Source of the DNA: Pyrinomonadaceae bacterium
GTDB lineage: Bacteria; Acidobacteriota; Blastocatellia; Pyrinomonadales; Pyrinomonadaceae
Assembly: GCA_050250045.1 (NCBI GenBank)
Contig: JBFWPK010000014.1
Span: forward strand, 20,841-84,840
DNA length: 64,000 nucleotides
Direction of reading: 5' to 3'
Position 1 is the first letter of the stretch, and each line of letters starts with the position of its first letter. The position numbers were made by a program, and so were the translations under genes. Positions 16,874 to 25,840 of this stretch are shown here, in pieces. The notes below the pieces were generated by a model. That model did not search any database. It saw only the letters and a program-made list of their open reading frames with translations, and had not been told where the DNA came from.

Positions 16874-17416
16874 ATGGCGAACCCGGCTAGAACGAGACAA
16901 AACTTTACCACGCGACGCATCGCCCTCACGGGCTTTATGGGCGTGGGGAAAACGAGCGTGTCTCGCCATCTTGCCCGGATGCTTGGCTGCGAGCGGCTTG
17001 ACCTTGACGCGCTGATCGAAGTGAATGAACAGCGGCGCGTGGCCGAGATAATCGACGCCGAAGGGATCGACGGGTACCGGTCGATCGAGACCGAGAACCT
17101 GAAAAAAGCTCTCGCCCGGACCGCCGCACGGATACTTTCGCTCGGCGGCGGGGCGTGGACGGTCGAGGAAAACCGGCGGCTCATCCATGAAGCCGAGGTC
17201 ATGAGCGTTTGGCTTGATGCATCGTTCAATCATTGCTGGAACAACATTCGCCTTTCCCGAAAGGAGCGTCCGCTTGCGCGGGATAAGACGGCGGCAGAAC
17301 GGCTGTTCGATGAGAGGCAGGCCATCTATTGCCTTGCCGATTGGCACTTTGTCGTCCGGCCCGACCAGACATCGTTTGACGTTGCCTCGCAGATCGCCGA
17401 AGAGGTTTTTTCCTAA
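16874..17416 (+). CDS. aroK: shikimate kinase
   Basis: 180 aa. Walker A GFMGVGKTSV. Immediately downstream of aroA. Confidence 0.9.
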   Translation: MANPARTRQNFTTRRIALTGFMGVGKTSVSRHLARMLGCERLDLDALIEVNEQRRVAEIIDAEGIDGYRSIETENLKKALARTAARILSLGGGAWTVEENRRLIHEAEVMSVWLDASFNHCWNNIRLSRKERPLARDKTAAERLFDERQAIYCLADWHFVVRPDQTSFDVASQIAEEVFS

Positions 17417-17591
17417 ATCGCGGTTCGGCGGTTGAAAAAAGCAATTCGATGAAGCAAGATTATCTATCACTTGATCGTCGGCCCTGACCGCAAGCCTAGT
17501 TCTTGCATACTGTTGCAATGGACTCGACAGGTGTTCGCGGCCGATCTCGGAGCCAGGTGACCATAGAACGAAACTCGCCACGGGAGGACAG

Positions 17592-18074
17592 ATGAAGATA
17601 AAAGCACTTACAATTTTGACGATTGCGATCGCTATCGTTGCCGCCGCATGCGGTAAGAGCGACGCGGACCTGCAAAAAGCGGTGCAGGACAAACTGACCG
17701 CAGACAAGGTGACCGGCGTGACCGTTGCCGTCAAGGACGGCGTTGCGACGCTGACCGGCGAAGTTGCGGACGTTACGGTGAGAAGCAAGGCCGAAGCTTC
17801 GGCGAAGTCGGTAGAAGGGATCAAGTCAGTCACAAACAGCCTGACGACGAAGCCGCTGCCGGTGGCAACACCCGCCGCGCCCGATCCCGCATTGACCGGC
17901 AAGATCACGGAAGATCTGAAAAAGGCCGGTTGTACCGGAGCATCAGTAGCAGTCTCGAGCGGCAAGGTGACCGTTACCGGCGAAGTGCCGGCCGCGAAGT
18001 ATGCCGAATGTGTCCAGGTGATCATGCAGTCGGGCATTACCGGCATCGACAACCAGCTTAAGAAGGGCAAATAG
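17592..18074 (+). CDS. BON-domain lipoprotein
   Basis: 160 aa. Lipobox (IVAAAC). Two BON-like repeats (VTVAVKDGVATLTGEV / VAVSSGKVTVTGEV). Confidence 0.8.
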   Translation: MKIKALTILTIAIAIVAAACGKSDADLQKAVQDKLTADKVTGVTVAVKDGVATLTGEVADVTVRSKAEASAKSVEGIKSVTNSLTTKPLPVATPAAPDPALTGKITEDLKKAGCTGASVAVSSGKVTVTGEVPAAKYAECVQVIMQSGITGIDNQLKKGK

Positions 18075-18092
18075 TCCAGGGAGGAAATAGCT

Positions 18093-18476
18093 ATGTCAGC
18101 ACAGGAAAAATATCAATCGCTCCTTGAGCTAGCGAATCAAAACGGAACGACCTACGAACTCAGCGAAGGCGATAACGGGACGCTGGTCGTGACCGGTATC
18201 GCCCCGAGCGCCGAGGCAAAGCAGCAGTTGTGGGATGAATACGAAAGGCTCGACCCCGAATTCAAGGGCGGCGACCTTATTTTGAACATCCAAACCGCCG
18301 ACTCCGCGGCCGCCGGCGGCGGAATGCATACGTATACCGTCGAATCAGGCGACAACCTGTCAAAGATCGGCAGCAAATACGGCATTCAATGGAAGGCCAT
18401 TTGGGACCATAACCGCGACATCCTGAAAGATCCGGACAAGATCTATCCAGGACAGGAACTGAAGATCCCGGTTTAG
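18093..18476 (+). CDS. LysM-domain protein
   Basis: 127 aa. C-terminal LysM: YTVESGDNLSKIGSKYGIQWKAIWDHNRDILKDPDKIYPGQELKIP. Confidence 0.85.
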   Translation: MSAQEKYQSLLELANQNGTTYELSEGDNGTLVVTGIAPSAEAKQQLWDEYERLDPEFKGGDLILNIQTADSAAAGGGMHTYTVESGDNLSKIGSKYGIQWKAIWDHNRDILKDPDKIYPGQELKIPV

Positions 18477-18500
18477 GGATATTCGCAGTTGAATCAAGGC

Positions 18501-18530
18501 AGGCTGCTCGAAAGGGCAGCCTTTTCTTGT
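18501..18530 (+). terminator. rho-independent terminator after the LysM gene
   Basis: AGGCTGC-TCGAAAGG-GCAGCCT followed by TTTCTTGTGTTT. Confidence 0.6.
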
Positions 18531-18899
18531 GTTTAGGCGTGATACGGGCATAGGCTCTTGTCCCACGTGTCCCAGAGGTGTCCCATCATGGCTTGGGACA
18601 GGCTAATTGTTGCATTCACGATCGTTGCGGCCCGAATTGGGCAGTGTCCCACGAGAATTCAAAAAAAAGCGCCACATTGTGCCACAGCTCGTCGTCTTGA
18701 CTCGTCCTGAAAAAAGTTGACACTTTTTGATGGTTCGTCCTCCTATAAGTTTACGTTTTTGGGATAATCCTGGAACTGGTTTACGATCGATGCGGACGCA
18801 CTTCAGATAGATTGTCAAAGAACACTCCGTGAAAGAGTGTATCATACATGGCACACGGAAGGCAACGAATTTGTTCGCTGGGGAATTTCAGGCTGCCTG

Positions 18900-19160
18900 C
18901 TCCAGAGGAGCAGAATGTTTATAGAAACGAACGAAGAAATAAGAACCGAGCCAGCATCAAACACGAACGGATCTACGATATGCCGCTCTCGCGGAACTTC
19001 CGCAGTTTTCGGGCCACGCTTCTATAAACATATCGCTCCGATGGAGCTCACAGCCGCACTTTCTAGAATCACGGCTCTATAAAACATATCGCTCCGATCG
19101 AGCTAACAGCGAAAACTTTGCTGTTCAGTCCGCACTTTTTGGAATCACGGCTCTGAAATA
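18900..19160. repeat. composite repeat region with GCTCC-N3-GGAGC mini-hairpins
   Basis: Module CTCCAGAGGAGCAGAATGTTTATAGAAACGAACGAAGAAATAAGAAC (also at 20270). Two units of ACGGCTCTATAAACATATCGCTCCGATGGAGCTCACAGC. Confidence 0.8.
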
Positions 19161-19289
19161 AGTTGACACTTTTAACCTTCAATGGATTGTCGGAGAACGC
19201 TGACAATGAAAGAATGTGGGATATATGACTCGACCTGCGCAACTCTTATCTTTGCCAACATCGGGGAAGTTTGGTCCCTTAGAATTGCA

Positions 19290-19631
19290 TTAGTTTTCCA
19301 GATCGTTCTTCAGCTTTGTCAGCAATTCGACGTTCGGGGACGCGTATTTATTGATCCAGCGGTCGTAAATGTCGCGGATCGGCGTGACGTCAAGGTAGTT
19401 CCACCGAAATTTTCCTTTCTTTTGCACAATGACTAGGCCCGCTTTTTCAAGGACGCCCAGGTGCTGCATCACGGTGCAGCGGTCGAGGGGCCGGAGTTTG
19501 TCGCACAATTCGCCGGTTGTCTTCGGCTCGTCTTTTAGTAGGTCAAGCATTTTGCGACGGCTTCCGTCCGCAAGCGCTTTGAAAACCTGATCATGCGAAA
19601 TTTTGCTTGACATGTTATAAAAATATAACAT
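19290..19631 (-). CDS. ArsR/SmtB-family winged-helix transcriptional regulator
   Basis: 113 aa. FKALADGSRRKMLDLLKDEPKTTGELCDKL...MQHLGVLEKAGLV. Confidence 0.85.
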   Translation of the reverse strand: MLYFYNMSSKISHDQVFKALADGSRRKMLDLLKDEPKTTGELCDKLRPLDRCTVMQHLGVLEKAGLVIVQKKGKFRWNYLDVTPIRDIYDRWINKYASPNVELLTKLKNDLEN

Positions 19632-19661
19632 ATACTCGGCGCCTGAATCAACAGAAGGAGT

Positions 19662-20159
19662 ATGGACATGGAACTAAAATTTCAAGTACAGACAAAAATT
19701 CAAAGGCCGGTGAACGAGGTTTTCGACGCGGTGTACAACCCCGGGAAACTGAGCGGATATTTCACGAACGGCGGTGCGAGCGCTCCGCTGGATGAAGGTA
19801 CAACGGTCGAGTGGGCCTTTGCCGACAATCCCGGGGACGAGAAGCTCAAGTTCCCGGTGGAAGTAAAAAAGGTCGAAACGAACAAACTGATCGAACTTGG
19901 CTGGGAAGGTGCAAAGGGGTTGAACACCCATGTCGAGATGCAGTTTGAGGCCGACGGCAACGATACTATCGTCCGCATAAGCGAAACCGGCTGGCGGGAA
20001 ACCCAGGCCGACCTGAACAGTTCGTATCTAAATTGTTTTGGATGGGGACAGATGCTTTGCTGCCTAAAGGCGTATGTCGAATACGGAATCGACTTACGAA
20101 AGGGCGCGTACGAAGGACTCTACAAGGCTTCGGAGCACCACGGCACGGCCGGGGCTTAG
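19662..20159 (+). CDS. SRPBCC-domain protein (AHSA1/START-like)
   Basis: 165 aa. Divergent from arsR, the usual ArsR-SRPBCC pairing. VFDAVYNPGKLSGYF motif region. Confidence 0.8.
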   Translation: MDMELKFQVQTKIQRPVNEVFDAVYNPGKLSGYFTNGGASAPLDEGTTVEWAFADNPGDEKLKFPVEVKKVETNKLIELGWEGAKGLNTHVEMQFEADGNDTIVRISETGWRETQADLNSSYLNCFGWGQMLCCLKAYVEYGIDLRKGAYEGLYKASEHHGTAGA

Positions 20160-20269
20160 TTTCGATTACGGACATGGGTGTTTGAAAACCCCGTCAGACA
20201 ATAGTCCTTCCCGCTATGCCTGTCGCCGCGGAGGATGTATGAAAAGTCGCGAACCGAACGACTATCGTT

Positions 20270-20712
20270 CTCCAGAGGAGCAAGATGCTTATAGAAACGA
20301 ATGAAGAAATAAGAACAGAGCCCCAGCGGGGCAACCTGTCTGTAGATACATCCGTCAATCAATGATCAAAGCTCCGAAGGAGCGGCCTGTCCGACCGTGA
20401 TTTGTGCCACATCAGGACGCTCCTACGGAGCTTGCGGGCCGATTTCGTTGCTGGTGCTACAGACAGCACGCTCCGCCGGAGCTAAATCCCCGCTCCGCTG
20501 GAGGTATATCCGCGCTCCGCCAGAGCTAATCCGGCTCTGGGGTTTAGCCTCAGCGGGGCAGCCTGTCTGTAGAGACATCCGTAATCAATGATCAAAGCTC
20601 CGAAGGAGCGGCCTGTCCGATCGTGTTTTTGTGCCAATCAGGACGCTCCTACGGAGCTTGCGGGCCGATTTCGTTGCTGGTGCTACAGACAGCACGCTCC
20701 GCCGGAGCTAAA
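20270..20712. repeat. composite repeat region: 54-bp module shared with 18900, then two 163-bp direct repeats (20324-20486, 20551-20712)
   Basis: The two 163-bp copies are about 95% identical by eye. Each carries GCTCCGAAGGAGC, GCTCCTACGGAGC and GCTCCGCCGGAGC hairpins. Confidence 0.85.
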
Positions 20713-20749
20713 GCCGCTAGAGCTTGAACTCTGAACGCCGTGTGGTACA

Positions 20750-22360
20750 TTGCTTTTAATGTCGCTTGTCACTGACTTTATCGTGATCGGGAGTGGTGTG
20801 GCGGGCTTGCGGGCGTCGATCGCTTTGGCCGAGGCGGGCGGGCGCGTGACGGTGCTGACTAAGGACAAGGCGAGCGAATCGAATACGGAGTATGCTCAGG
20901 GCGGTGTTGCGGTCGTTCTTTCGGATGACGATAACGCGGAGCTTCATGAGGAAGATACGCTGGTCGCGGGTGCGGGGCTGTGCGATCAGGAAGCGGTCGA
21001 AACACTGGTAACAGACGGCACAGAATACATCAAAGAACTCATAGATTGGGGCATTGAATTCGACCGTGAGGGCGGCAAGCTCGCGTTTACGCAGGAGGCC
21101 GCCCATTCTCGTCGGCGGATACTGCACGCACACGGCGATTCGACGGGGAAAGAGATAGTGCGGTCGCTGATAGCACGGGCGGGAAGGCAAAAGGGGATCA
21201 ATCTTTTGCCTTTTGCGAATACCGAAAGCCTGATCGTCGAGGGCGGACAATGCGTTGGGGTAAGATTTCTCGATCCGATCCTGCGGGCTCCGCGCGAGAT
21301 TCGAGCAAGAGCGGTTGTTCTCTGCACGGGCGGTGCCGGACAGCTTTATCAGCACACGACAAATCCGCCGGTAGCAACGGGCGACGGAATGGCAATGGCC
21401 TATTTTGCCGGTGCCGAGATGGCCGACATGGAGTTTGTGCAGTTTCATCCAACCGCTCTGAACATTGAGAACGCTCCGAGATTTTTATTGAGCGAGGCAA
21501 TGCGCGGCGAGGGCGGCGTTTTGCGAAATGTCGAGGGCGAGCGCTTTATGGGCCGTTATGACGAGCGGCTTGAACTGGCCCCGCGGGATATTGTTTCGCG
21601 TTCGATCGTTGCCGAAATGCGGCGGACCGGATCGCGTCACGTCTTTCTTGACATGACGGCGCTGGATGGCGAGTTTCTGCGGGAACGTTTTCCGAAGATC
21701 GACGGAACTTGCAGATTCTACGGCCTGGACATAGCGAACGACCTATTGCCGGTGTCGCCGGCCGCTCACTATTGCATGGGCGGGATCCGCACCGATCTCG
21801 ATGGCCGATCGACAGTTGCGGGATTGTATGCCGCGGGGGAAGTGAGCTGTACCGGAGTTCACGGTGCGAACCGGCTTGCCTCCAACTCTCTTTTGGAAGG
21901 CTTGGTCTTTGGGGCACGCGCGGGCAAGGCGGCGGTCGAGGATAGTCTCAGGTCCAATGTCCAACGTCCAAAGTCTCGCGACCAACGGCCGAATCCCCAC
22001 TCTCGATCAACGGAAATATCTACGGCGGTGAAAAAGCGCGTTAAGCGGGTGATGTGGGAGCGCGTCGGCATCCTGCGTGACCGGGATTCGATACAGAGAG
22101 CAATAGGCGAATTTGAACAGATCGCGTCGTCGAGCCTGGGCACGTCATCGCGGAATTTTGTCACGCTCGGGCTGCTCGTGGCCAAGGCCGCTCTGTGGCG
22201 CGAAGAATCGCGCGGAGCCCATTTTCGAACGGATTTTCCGGAATCAAAAGAAGAATGGCGGCACCACTCGGTCCAGCGCGTAGGTACCGCCGTATTCTCG
22301 GCGGAGCGAATCGACTTTTCGGCAAAGGCTACTCAGGCAGAATTTCGTCAAGGCTCGTGA
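20750..22360 (+). CDS. nadB: L-aspartate oxidase
   Basis: 536 aa. FAD motif VIGSGVAGL. Typical AQGGV, HPTAL and RGEGG motifs. Confidence 0.93.
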   Translation: MLLMSLVTDFIVIGSGVAGLRASIALAEAGGRVTVLTKDKASESNTEYAQGGVAVVLSDDDNAELHEEDTLVAGAGLCDQEAVETLVTDGTEYIKELIDWGIEFDREGGKLAFTQEAAHSRRRILHAHGDSTGKEIVRSLIARAGRQKGINLLPFANTESLIVEGGQCVGVRFLDPILRAPREIRARAVVLCTGGAGQLYQHTTNPPVATGDGMAMAYFAGAEMADMEFVQFHPTALNIENAPRFLLSEAMRGEGGVLRNVEGERFMGRYDERLELAPRDIVSRSIVAEMRRTGSRHVFLDMTALDGEFLRERFPKIDGTCRFYGLDIANDLLPVSPAAHYCMGGIRTDLDGRSTVAGLYAAGEVSCTGVHGANRLASNSLLEGLVFGARAGKAAVEDSLRSNVQRPKSRDQRPNPHSRSTEISTAVKKRVKRVMWERVGILRDRDSIQRAIGEFEQIASSSLGTSSRNFVTLGLLVAKAALWREESRGAHFRTDFPESKEEWRHHSVQRVGTAVFSAERIDFSAKATQAEFRQGS

Positions 22361-22382
22361 GGCTGTGTCAAAACTCAAGATC

Positions 22383-22577
22383 TGTCCCGTAGGGACACCC
22401 GGTAATAGCCCGGCGATTTATCGCTGGGTAAGGCGCGTTGGATTGTGAGTCCCTTGGGGACGGTTGAAGATTCCAATGTTTACGTTGTTTCAGCCATCCC
22501 ATTGGGGACTGGCGCAATCTCCGTCCGTCTTTCCCACCGATGAATCGGTGGGCTATTTTCACACGTCCCTTCGGGAC
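22383..22577. repeat. cluster of short REP-like hairpins (GTCCC-loop-GGGAC class)
   Basis: TGTCCCGTAGGGACA (22383-22397), CCCGGCGATTTATCGCTGGG (22409-22428), GTCCCTTGGGGAC (22449-22461), CCCACCGATGAATCGGTGGG (22533-22552), GTCCCTTCGGGAC (22565-22577). Confidence 0.75.
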
Positions 22578-22771
22578 TCTTTCAGTTTTGACACTGACTC
22601 TAACGGCGTGGCTAGCGAAACCAAGTCTATTCTTATCCACACACTCGCAAAGACTGACCCTCCACGCCTCTGAACGGCGTGCGTTTGCGAAACCGGTGAT
22701 TCCGGTTTGGCAAAGCGCTGTGTTAATCTTTCCGAAAAAATAGTTCGTAGATCGACAACCTAACTAAAAAT

Positions 22772-24370
22772 ATGGAACCAAGAGCAACGACGCTCAATCT
22801 AGCGTCTATCGTCTCGCACCACGCGAATCTTGCCCCGGAAAAAGAAGCGATCGTGTGGAACGACGTTCGAATGACCTACGGCCAGCTTGACGCGATGGCG
22901 AATAAGGTTGCCAACGCGCTCGTAGAACTGGGGATCAGGCACGGCGACAAGGTGGCCCTGGATTGTCCGAACCTGCCTTATTTTCCGATGGTCTATTACG
23001 GGATCATGAAGGCCGGCGCGGTCGTGGTTCCGATCTGCGTACTGTTTACGCCGCGCGAGATCGAGTATCAGCTGAGAGATTCGGACGCAAAGGCGATCTT
23101 CGCATTTCAGGGCACTCCTGAACTGCCGATCGGCCAATCGTGCAAAACGGCGTTCGATGCGGTTGATACGTGCGAACATCTTGTTGTTCTGCCGCTTGAG
23201 CTAACCGCGCCGTCGCCTTTTCCGGAGCATAAAACACTGCCGCAGATAATTGCCGCACAGCCGGACACGTTCGAGACGTATCCGACGGCCCCTGACGATA
23301 CTTGTTCGATCCTTTACACGTCGGGCACGACCGGCCAGCCAAAGGGGGCCGAATTGACCCACTTCAACATTTTCATGAACTCGGCCGCTGCGTGGGGACT
23401 GCATTTTCCGGCGGTCGATTTTACTGAGAATGTACAGCAAACATGCCTGATCACGCTGCCGCTGTTTCACACGACCGGGCAAACCGTGCAGATGAACGCG
23501 AACCTCTATGCCGGAAACCGCGTTGTGCTGATGCCGAGATTCGAGCCGGAGACAACACTGAAGACGATGGCGGCCGAAAAGGTCAATTTCTGGATAGGCG
23601 TGCCGACCATGTACTGGGCGATCTTGAAATACGTTGACGAGACGGGTTTCGACGTTTCCGAGATCGTGAAGAACCTAAAGGTGCCGACATCGGGCGGCGC
23701 ACCGATGCCCGTCGAGGTGATAAAACGTTTCGACGAGGTTTTCGGGCTTCGTATTCTGGAGGGCTATGGGTTGACTGAAACTTCGCCTATCGCTTCGTTC
23801 AATCAATTCGAACGGCCGTCAAAGCCCGGAACTGTCGGACAGCCGTTGTTCGGCGTTGAGATCAAATGCGTCGATGAAAACGACCGCGAAGTTCCGCGAG
23901 GCGAGCGAGGCGAGGTGGTCATTCGCGGCCACCTTGTGATGAAAGGCTATTACAAACGGCCCGAGGCTACGGCCGAGGCCTTTCGCAACGGCTGGTTTCA
24001 TTCGGGCGATATCGGGATAATAGATGATGAAGGATATCTCGCGATAGTGGACCGCAAGAAGGACATGATCCTTCGCGGCGGTTACAATGTTTATCCACGC
24101 GAGCTTGAGGAGATCATTATGACCCATCCGGCCGTGTCGCTTGCCGCGGTGATCGGAGTTCCTGATGAGAAAATGGGCGAAGAGGTGAAGGCGTTTCTTG
24201 TTTTGAAGGAAGGAGCGCAGCTTTCGGATGCCGATTTTATCAGCTGGTGCAAGACGCAGTTTGCGGCGAACAAATATCCGCGATATGTGGAATTTCGCGA
24301 TTCGCTGCCGATCGGGAATACGGGAAAGATATCGAAGCTTTTGCTGCGGGAAGAAGTCAGGGCGGGATGA
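22772..24370 (+). CDS. AMP-dependent acyl-CoA synthetase (long-chain fatty acid-CoA ligase family)
   Basis: 532 aa. AMP-binding motif YTSGTTGQPKGA, plus GYGLTE and GWFHSGD. Confidence 0.9.
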   Translation: MEPRATTLNLASIVSHHANLAPEKEAIVWNDVRMTYGQLDAMANKVANALVELGIRHGDKVALDCPNLPYFPMVYYGIMKAGAVVVPICVLFTPREIEYQLRDSDAKAIFAFQGTPELPIGQSCKTAFDAVDTCEHLVVLPLELTAPSPFPEHKTLPQIIAAQPDTFETYPTAPDDTCSILYTSGTTGQPKGAELTHFNIFMNSAAAWGLHFPAVDFTENVQQTCLITLPLFHTTGQTVQMNANLYAGNRVVLMPRFEPETTLKTMAAEKVNFWIGVPTMYWAILKYVDETGFDVSEIVKNLKVPTSGGAPMPVEVIKRFDEVFGLRILEGYGLTETSPIASFNQFERPSKPGTVGQPLFGVEIKCVDENDREVPRGERGEVVIRGHLVMKGYYKRPEATAEAFRNGWFHSGDIGIIDDEGYLAIVDRKKDMILRGGYNVYPRELEEIIMTHPAVSLAAVIGVPDEKMGEEVKAFLVLKEGAQLSDADFISWCKTQFAANKYPRYVEFRDSLPIGNTGKISKLLLREEVRAG

Positions 24371-24389
24371 TCGGTGCCGGCGAAAAGAG

Positions 24390-24743
24390 ATGTATCGAAG
24401 TAAATTGTTTGTCCTGCTGGTATTTGCGGGATTGGTCGTTTGGGGATGCGCGGGATCGGGAAAGAAGAAGTTTGTGATCGCGGAAAGCAAGTCTTACGAA
24501 GCATCTTTGTTTCGGCAGAACTGCGCGATCTGTCACGGGCCGGAAGCCGAGGGCCGGACGCTTGAGGACGGTAAGGAGATTCCAAATCTGCGACAGGGCC
24601 CGTTCAAGTATGGGACGGACGCTCAGATCTATCAGCATATCGCCGACGGCGGAAACGGAATGGTCCCGTTTCGCGGCCAACTGACCGAACGCGAACTGCA
24701 GATGATGGTCCAGTTTGTCCAGAGAGATCTGCGAGGGAAGTAG
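24390..24743 (+). CDS. c-type cytochrome (lipoprotein signal)
   Basis: MYRSKLFVLLVFAGLVVWGC lipobox. Haem motif CAICHG. About 117 aa. Confidence 0.8.
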   Translation: MYRSKLFVLLVFAGLVVWGCAGSGKKKFVIAESKSYEASLFRQNCAICHGPEAEGRTLEDGKEIPNLRQGPFKYGTDAQIYQHIADGGNGMVPFRGQLTERELQMMVQFVQRDLRGK

Positions 24744-24870
24744 GTCAGAACCGCGTCGAGCGGTAGCGACTGGATTCTTTCATCGCCGCTGCCACAAGAA
24801 CCCAGTCGCTATCGCTCCCGGTTCTGACAATCAAGGGAAGAACCCGGTCGCTGCAGCTTCCGGTTCTGAC
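24744..24870. repeat. three family A elements: inverted (24744-24777), direct (24798-24828), direct (24840-24870)
   Basis: GTCAGAACCGCGTCGAGCGGTAGCGACTGGATTC, then GAACCCAGTCGCTATCGCTCCCGGTTCTGAC, then GAACCCGGTCGCTGCAGCTTCCGGTTCTGAC. They fill the whole intergenic gap. Confidence 0.9.
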
Positions 24871-24876
24871 AAGATC

Positions 24877-25779
24877 ATGAAGATCCTCATCACAGGTGCG
24901 AGCGGGTTGATCGGGACGACGCTTCGGAAATCGTTTGAGGCGCAGGGCCACGATCTTCTGCTTGCGTCACGGAGCGATCCGAAGGACGCGGATCACATCA
25001 AGTGGAACTCGGACACCGGGTTTGCGGACGAGGACCTGCCGCGGCTTGAGGGGTTCGATGCGTTTATCCACCTGGCCGGCGAGAGCATCGGCGGCGGGCT
25101 CCGCTGGAGCGAGGAAAAGAAAAAGGCCATTCGCGACAGCCGAGTGTTTGGAACACGAACGATGATCGAAGCTTTCGCGCGGATCGAGAAAAAGCCGAAG
25201 GTTTTTATCTCAGGCTCGGCCATCGGCTTTTACGGAGATCGCGGTGATGACGTTGTGACCGAGGCCAGCGCGGCCGGCGACACTTTTCTTGCGGAGGTCT
25301 GCAAAGAGTGGGAAGCCGAATCTCGTCGTGCCGAAGACATGGGCATCCGCACCGTTCTTTTGCGAACGGGGATCGTCTTGTCCAAAGACGGCGGAGCGCT
25401 CGCGACAATGCTAACCCCATTCAAACTCGGCGTCGGCGGCGTCGTTGGAAGCGGGAAGCAGTGGATGAGCTGGATCGCGTTGGAAGACGTTATCGGCATA
25501 ATAAACTTCGCTCTCGAAAATGAAAGTTTGCGCGGTGCGGTGAATGTCGTCAGCCCGAGTCCCGCCACGAACGAAGAGTTCACGAAAACGCTCGGCAGCG
25601 TGCTCTATAGGCCGACAATCCTTCCGCTACCCGAATTCGCCGTCAACCTCGTCTTTGGTGAGATGGGCGATGCGTTGCTGCTCGACTCGACGCGCGTCGT
25701 ACCCAAACGACTGTTGGATGCTGGATATGGGTTCAAATTCCCGCACCTCAAGCCTGCTCTGGAAAACGCCTTGTCTTGA
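24877..25779 (+). CDS. TIGR01777-family NAD-dependent epimerase/dehydratase (YfcH-like, DUF1731 C-terminus)
   Basis: MKILITGASGLIGTTL Rossmann start at 24877. The longer ORF from 24715 only reads through repeats. Confidence 0.88.
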   Translation: MKILITGASGLIGTTLRKSFEAQGHDLLLASRSDPKDADHIKWNSDTGFADEDLPRLEGFDAFIHLAGESIGGGLRWSEEKKKAIRDSRVFGTRTMIEAFARIEKKPKVFISGSAIGFYGDRGDDVVTEASAAGDTFLAEVCKEWEAESRRAEDMGIRTVLLRTGIVLSKDGGALATMLTPFKLGVGGVVGSGKQWMSWIALEDVIGIINFALENESLRGAVNVVSPSPATNEEFTKTLGSVLYRPTILPLPEFAVNLVFGEMGDALLLDSTRVVPKRLLDAGYGFKFPHLKPALENALS

Positions 25780-25840
25780 TACAGAATAGGTAACGCCAAA
25801 TCGAAAATGGCCGAGATGATCTCGCTATTTCAGTGGATAG

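Noticed and set aside
15578-18070. 830-aa ORF on the minus strand
   Set aside because: It lies antisense to aroA, aroK and the BON gene, all of which have clear family signatures. It has an R/P/A-rich composition typical of antisense frames in GC-rich DNA and contains no motif.
24715-24876. N-terminal extension of the epimerase ORF (MSREICEG...NPVAIAPGSD...)
   Set aside because: The extension consists solely of three family A repeats. The canonical Rossmann start MKILITGASG is at 24877.
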